Shown piece by piece: positions 58,826 to 64,000 of a stretch of DNA of 64,000 nucleotides. Position 1 is the stretch's first letter. Every line of letters starts with the position of its first letter. A program made the position numbers and the translations under genes. Source of the stretch: Epithemia pelagica (taxonomy: Eukaryota; Protista; Bacillariophyta); the NCBI GenBank assembly GCA_946965045.2, contig OX337231.1, forward strand, positions 2,480,001 to 2,544,000, written 5' to 3'. The notes beneath the pieces were generated by a model. The model made no database searches. It was not told where the DNA came from and worked only from the letters and a program-made list of their open reading frames with translations.

Positions 58826-61800
58826 CACGTCGCTGAAGTTGACGCTTGTCCACCAAGTTCGGCGAGTCGGAAACGAAAGTTGACGCCGATTGATGGCAAA
58901 ACCACAGATCCATTGCATGTGTCCACAAAATCAGATCCACCAAGTAGGAATAGTGTCCTAAACCTAAGGAACACAGGTCATTCGACAACACCATCTTGTG
59001 ATTCTGGGGTGTTGGAGAAAAAGGATGGAGCATTCAAGCTCGGTGCAGGATCATGTCGAGTGGGTATAGTGTGTCGGTCAATTCCATATTGGTTCTGGTC
59101 GGTGAAAACCTTGGGAACCATAGTTTGGGTGGATCGGCTTGAACCGTCACATTCCACCACCAAATGGACAGGACAGGATGAGTGGGCCTGCCTCCTTCTT
59201 GATAGCAAACCCTCCAACCCGATGAGAAACAAACGAACCAGAGAGGGAAACATGAAGTCGGTTGGAACGGTTCAAGACGAGGGAGACGCTCCCCTGGATC
59301 AGTGGACACAAGTCGACATCGTGTTTTTTGATGAAATTTCTCCAGGACCGCACCACCCAGTCTGGAAGAGGGAGTCCACTGTCTCCCAAGCGATATGGTG
59401 GAAGAGTCGACCTGGAGCGGGTCCTCCAAGTGACCAAGGTTGGCAGGCGTCCAAAATGCGGATAGACCATGGCATATTGGGTGGAGTGACGACAAGCGTA
59501 CATTGGATATATGTTGCTTCCAAGATTTCAAGCCAAAAGGAAACGACGCGAGTTTTTGATTCCTGGTGGGAGGGAGCAATTGATCCTGGATTATCTCAGA
59601 CCACGGTCAGGGGAATTATCGATCATACGATTCACGGAAGAGTAAAGTCAAGGCAGACCGGCGACCCCGTCCTTCTTAACCGGAAGATGGACTGGAAAGA
59701 AGACAGGCGCAAAGAACACATTCTCCCCAGTGTATTTTCCCCCACCGGTTTAGTCTCTCGTCGTCTTGGTACGCGGGAGCTCGCGTTGGCGTTGGATTTC
59801 CCCGCCGAACTGAGCAAGAAAGCGACGGAAGATGAGTTGTCGTGTTGGATTGACCGTATTGGACCACCGTTCAAGTCTCGAATACAAGTTGCCCATTTGT
59901 TACGTAAATTCCGAGAGGAAGAAGGAAAACCAAAGGTGGATGTGAAGCTGCCGGCGAGTTTGAAGTTCGAAGCTCCACCAAGGAACGGTGGATTGACGAC
60001 AGGGCATGGAATGACGGAGGAAGATGGAGAAATCCATTCCCCTGACGACATGGATCCCTCGTTGATCATCGAATCCAATCTGGAGGAGAGGCGGGAAGAC
60101 CGGAATCTGAAGGCGACCAAAGCAGACGATGCTGCCATACCGTATCATCTATGGAACGATCGCATTTTGATGCGGTACGATTTCGGCACCGCACCTGAAC
60201 TCAAGAGGGCAATCGACGCTCTCGATAAGATTCGAAGTGGCGCCCTGCGCTATTGGAAGCGAACTGTCGCCCATGATTTTTGGAGATGGTGGTTGCATCA
60301 CAAAAGGACCATGGATACAAAATCTCAAGCGGCCTCCATCGAAGCCGGCTTGTGTGCCCTGCGACATTCGTCCCTCGCTTCATGGTGGGATTGGGATCAG
60401 GGATCGTCACCGTTTTTCTGGCGCATGCCCGAGCACAACTGGATGGTAGAGATGCGTGACGGCGTGAAGCCAATGTGGACGGGTCCACCTCCACGTTACA
60501 GAATTCCACAACGACCCAACCCTGACCCAGTGAGTCTCAGTTTAGAGAAGAAGAAAATTGGGAAAGTTAGAAAACGAGGATATATCGCGCCAAGGCCGGG
60601 TATTCTCTCACTCACAAGCTTCTTCTCCGTCCCAAAGGGTGAGAGCGACATCCGTATGGTTTACGACGGAACCAAGAGTGGACTGAACGGGGTTCTACAC
60701 GCCCCTAGGTTCGGTCTAGCCACCGTGGAAACAATGCTCCGGTCAGTTGAGGCCTGTACCTGGTCGGCCGACAACGACTTCGGAGAGATGTTTTTAAATT
60801 TCTGGCTTCATCCGGAAATTCGCAAATATACGGGTGTAGATCTCACCTCACTTTTCCCTGAGGAACTCGAAGACGGGAGAAAGACCAAGAAATGGGAAAC
60901 CTGGGTACGGTGCGCGATGGGAGTTACAGTGTCGCCGTACCAAACCACCCAATGTTCCCAAAGAGTGAAGAGAATCGTATTCGGTTGTCGGTTTGAGGAT
61001 TCAAACATTTTTCAGTGGGCAGAGGTCCGTCTGAATCTACCAGGCAATGAAAATTATGACCCATCAAAGCCCTGGATTTCAAAAGTCAGAAAGGACGGAA
61101 GAATCGCCGTCGACGTTCACACATATGTGGACGACCTGCGGGAGACCGCGCCAACGAAGGAAGAAGCATGGCTTGCGGCAAGTGCCATGGCGAAAGGGTC
61201 TGCCTATTTTGGACTCCAGGATGCCGCGAGGAAGAGACGACCTCCCAGCAAAACACCAGGTGCTTGGGCAGGCGCAGTTGTTGAAACATGTGAAAATGCC
61301 GTTTACAAAACGGTTTCCCAGGAACGATGGGACAAGACAAGAAAGCACGTTCGTACACTTCAAGGATGGGCAAATTCTGACGACAAGATCGATCGAAAGG
61401 AGTTAGAACGTATCCGTGGATTCTTGGTATACGTCTCTCTTACCTTTCATTGCTTGGTTCCATACTTGAAGGGAATCCATTTGACTCTAGAGTCTTGGAG
61501 ACCCGACCGCGACTCCGAAGGATGGAAACTAAGGGCACGAGACCGGGAGGAGGTCCTCCAAGATGAAGAAAAGAAAAGGGTTCTTGAAGGGGGGGCTCCT
61601 GTCCAGGTTGAAAAGGCTCGAAGATTCAACGATGATATCAAGGCCATCTCTGCTCTGACAGCATCAGAAAAACCACCCAAGATTTTGGCTCGCCCCAAGC
61701 AGGGAGCACAAGTAGTCATTATATTCGGCGATGCATCCGGTGAAGGATTCGGATCTTCAATGTGGGTGTATGGATCGAGCAACATCCATACTGAACACGG

Positions 61801-62656
61801 ACTGTGGACTCGTGAATATGGAGCACGCTCTTCAAATTTTCGCGAACTCTATAACTTGATTCTGCGGCTCGAGTCGCTTGTGGCATGCGGAAAGATAGAA
61901 CATGGAACGGAAATTTTTATGTTCACTGATAATTCAACGGCAGAGTCCGCCTTTTACAGAGGGACGTCGTCTTCGCTGCTGTTGTTCGAGCTCGTTCTGC
62001 GAGCAAGAAAACTGGAAATGAGAGGAAGCATATTTATGCGAGTTGTCTGGGTAGCTGGTACCAGGATGATAGACCAAGGCACCGACGGACTCTCGCGTGG
62101 GGATTTAATGACTGGAGTCATGGCCGGAAACTCGATGTTGTTTTACGTACCTCTGAACAAAACATGCGAAGAAAGACAACCAGGCATTTTAGCTTGGCTT
62201 ATAACAACATGCGACGCGAAGGAATGGAAGATTCTTCAGGCTAGCGATTGGTTTGATAAAGGGTTCGAGCGAGGAAACTTTGTTTGGGCACCGCCTCCAG
62301 CCGTCGCCGATGTCGTCGTAGACCTAATCTGTGACTCGAACCATATTCGCCCCGACAATGCCCACATTTTCGTTTGTCCTGCGCTGATGAGTAATCGCTG
62401 GCGAAAAAAGCTCGGCAAAGTGGCCGACTTCGTTTTCACCATACCGGTTGATTGTTCATTGTGGAGCAAGGACAAGCATGAACCTCTAATTGCTGCATTT
62501 GTTTGCCCTCATCTTTCTTCCAGGCCTTGGCAGGTGTCGCGAGCGAAACAGTTATTGGATGAAACAAGACTTGAGCTGTCAAAAATGTGGACATCCAATT
62601 CCACGCCTGACGGGGGTTGTTTGCGCAAATTATGGCGCTACACGGGAAACAAGTAA
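58826..62656 (+). CDS. Pol ORF2 of YR element 2: MTase-like + RT + RNase H + Dam-like domain
   Basis: FSVPKG..DIRMVYDG, DNDFGEMF, MGVTVSP, YVDD; RH GDASG, NFREL, FTDNS, GTDGLSR. Confidence 0.88.
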   Translation, partial: HVAEVDACPPSSASRKRKLTPIDGKTTDPLHVSTKSDPPSRNSVLNLRNTGHSTTPSCDSGVLEKKDGAFKLGAGSCRVGIVCRSIPYWFWSVKTLGTIVWVDRLEPSHSTTKWTGQDEWACLLLDSKPSNPMRNKRTREGNMKSVGTVQDEGDAPLDQWTQVDIVFFDEISPGPHHPVWKRESTVSQAIWWKSRPGAGPPSDQGWQASKMRIDHGILGGVTTSVHWIYVASKISSQKETTRVFDSWWEGAIDPGLSQTTVRGIIDHTIHGRVKSRQTGDPVLLNRKMDWKEDRRKEHILPSVFSPTGLVSRRLGTRELALALDFPAELSKKATEDELSCWIDRIGPPFKSRIQVAHLLRKFREEEGKPKVDVKLPASLKFEAPPRNGGLTTGHGMTEEDGEIHSPDDMDPSLIIESNLEERREDRNLKATKADDAAIPYHLWNDRILMRYDFGTAPELKRAIDALDKIRSGALRYWKRTVAHDFWRWWLHHKRTMDTKSQAASIEAGLCALRHSSLASWWDWDQGSSPFFWRMPEHNWMVEMRDGVKPMWTGPPPRYRIPQRPNPDPVSLSLEKKKIGKVRKRGYIAPRPGILSLTSFFSVPKGESDIRMVYDGTKSGLNGVLHAPRFGLATVETMLRSVEACTWSADNDFGEMFLNFWLHPEIRKYTGVDLTSLFPEELEDGRKTKKWETWVRCAMGVTVSPYQTTQCSQRVKRIVFGCRFEDSNIFQWAEVRLNLPGNENYDPSKPWISKVRKDGRIAVDVHTYVDDLRETAPTKEEAWLAASAMAKGSAYFGLQDAARKRRPPSKTPGAWAGAVVETCENAVYKTVSQERWDKTRKHVRTLQGWANSDDKIDRKELERIRGFLVYVSLTFHCLVPYLKGIHLTLESWRPDRDSEGWKLRARDREEVLQDEEKKRVLEGGAPVQVEKARRFNDDIKAISALTASEKPPKILARPKQGAQVVIIFGDASGEGFGSSMWVYGSSNIHTEHGLWTREYGARSSNFRELYNLILRLESLVACGKIEHGTEIFMFTDNSTAESAFYRGTSSSLLLFELVLRARKLEMRGSIFMRVVWVAGTRMIDQGTDGLSRGDLMTGVMAGNSMLFYVPLNKTCEERQPGILAWLITTCDAKEWKILQASDWFDKGFERGNFVWAPPPAVADVVVDLICDSNHIRPDNAHIFVCPALMSNRWRKKLGKVADFVFTIPVDCSLWSKDKHEPLIAAFVCPHLSSRPWQVSRAKQLLDETRLELSKMWTSNSTPDGGCLRKLWRYTGNK

Positions 62657-64000
62657 AATGTGTACCGGTGCATGGCATGCAGCTTGTTATCGCCAACACG
62701 AGGAGGATCGCTTCCCGGTACTGGAAGCAGGAGACTTGGACGACGCGTTGATGGATGGAGACGGACATGGCGAATTAGAGGACGATAAGGAGCGATTCAC
62801 CGAAGCGAGAGATGGCGACCACTTCATGTGCCCGTTTCAATGCGACTCGTGCACCTTTTACAACTTAAAGGGAAGATACAACCGAGCAAACGTCGAACAG
62901 GATGATCTTCTGCTTGTCTGCATCCGACGAGCGATTCTTGACTCTTTTTGGGCGAGGGAGCGATCAACTGTCGAAAAGAATTGTCGTGAGCTAAGGAATC
63001 TGAGCGAAACGGCAAACACTCTGGGTCTGGACGAACCTCTGCCATCGAGAGGACCTTATCCTTTGGGCGATTCGCAAGGGATCGGAATCGCTTGTCTCAT
63101 GCTAATGAAAACCTTAAATGCTGGTCGGAACGCAAAGCACATACAATTTGAGACAGCGAGAAAGGTTCGATCAGTGGTGTCAAATTTTGTACACACCTTA
63201 CCAGGCTTCACGGGTTGGTCGACGATGGGAGCGAGCGACAAATCATCCTTAACGTTTTCAGCAAGCCCCACAAACAGTCTGTGGTTCAAAAGATACATGT
63301 CAGGATGCCACAAACGGATGGGGGACGTCTGGGTCCCCGACCGAGCTGTCACCCTGGAAGAAGTTCATTGTGGATTGGAAATTCTGGAAGGGGAATGGAG
63401 TAGGTTTCCCCAAGGACAATGCCGTCTCGAGCTGGCTCTAACAGGGGCAATGGTTGTCATTGGATTTTGCGCCGCGTTGCGAGGAGAGGAGATTCCGTTG
63501 GTGGATGTCGGGCTTGTTCGAAAGTATTGGTTTGAGGGAATCCATTATACCAAGGCACCGCACGTTCCTCTTGCCCTGGCTGGGCGTTTTAAGCAGACTG
63601 ATGGAACGTTCCGGCTGTATATGCAACCCTTGACTGTGAGAACGGACTCCGGCATCGAAGTGCAGAAATGGATTGAGAGATCTATTCGAGAATTGGACGT
63701 GAGGAAGATTTCAACAGGCCCGCTATTTCGTCGAACAAGCAAGAATGGAAAGATCCAAAGAGCCTTGGTGGGAGACCTGGATCATCTGTTCCATAGCCTG
63801 TGGAAACGAATCCAACACAAGCGTCCAGACATTATCCCCGAGAGCATAAAAGTCGAAGAAGAATTCAGCACTCGACGATCTCTTCGAAGAGGAGCGACGA
63901 CCGTGGCCCAAAATCGCAAGATTGACACGGCTGTCATCGAGATGAACAACCGATGGAGAAAGCACATCAAGAGCAGAGGTGTGCTTCCGGGGATGAGTAT
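62559..64000 (+). CDS. Tyrosine recombinase ORF3 of YR element 2 (partial, runs off window)
   Basis: Manual translation from ATG 62559 is open to the end: Cys-rich N-terminus, CAALRGEE (R), RRSLRRGA, NNRW. Missing from the ORF track because no stop lies in the window. Confidence 0.82.
   Translation, partial: MKQDLSCQKCGHPIPRLTGVVCANYGATRETSKMCTGAWHAACYRQHEEDRFPVLEAGDLDDALMDGDGHGELEDDKERFTEARDGDHFMCPFQCDSCTFYNLKGRYNRANVEQDDLLLVCIRRAILDSFWARERSTVEKNCRELRNLSETANTLGLDEPLPSRGPYPLGDSQGIGIACLMLMKTLNAGRNAKHIQFETARKVRSVVSNFVHTLPGFTGWSTMGASDKSSLTFSASPTNSLWFKRYMSGCHKRMGDVWVPDRAVTLEEVHCGLEILEGEWSRFPQGQCRLELALTGAMVVIGFCAALRGEEIPLVDVGLVRKYWFEGIHYTKAPHVPLALAGRFKQTDGTFRLYMQPLTVRTDSGIEVQKWIERSIRELDVRKISTGPLFRRTSKNGKIQRALVGDLDHLFHSLWKRIQHKRPDIIPESIKVEEEFSTRRSLRRGATTVAQNRKIDTAVIEMNNRWRKHIKSRGVLPGMS

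Larger units (their letters stand above)
56154..64000 (+). mobile_element. Tyrosine-recombinase retrotransposon 2 (different family), cut by the window end
   Basis: Gag-like, RT-RH and YR ORFs in order; left boundary approximate. Confidence 0.82.

Overview
Eukaryotic nuclear DNA, most likely from a pennate diatom (inference from short GT-AG introns, a bipartite plastid-targeting signal 'SLA-FTP', and a CoDi-like Copia element). Host genes: rhomboid (partial), plastid LON-N/PUA-domain protein, UTP14, longin R-SNARE, APC1, RING-H2 membrane ligase, a multi-TM membrane protein and GatA. More than half the window is mobile DNA. It includes a Dada-like DDE transposase (7.6-11.1 kb) and a nested stack of non-autonomous DNA elements (18.4-27.0 kb). 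A complete Copia LTR element (33708-42093; extra upstream ORF, tRNA-Asn-like PBS) sits inside a RAG1/Transib-like transposase ORF that also carries an in-frame (CAA)284 tract. Two unrelated tyrosine-recombinase (DIRS/Ngaro-like) retrotransposons lie back to back (48.3 kb to window end). Strongest signals: both YR elements have gag and pol in the same frame separated by one UGA-CA codon (candidate programmed readthrough), and the second has a degenerate C5-DNA-methyltransferase-like domain before RT plus a Dam-like domain after RNase H. Family assignments come from motif recognition by eye; no database searches were run.
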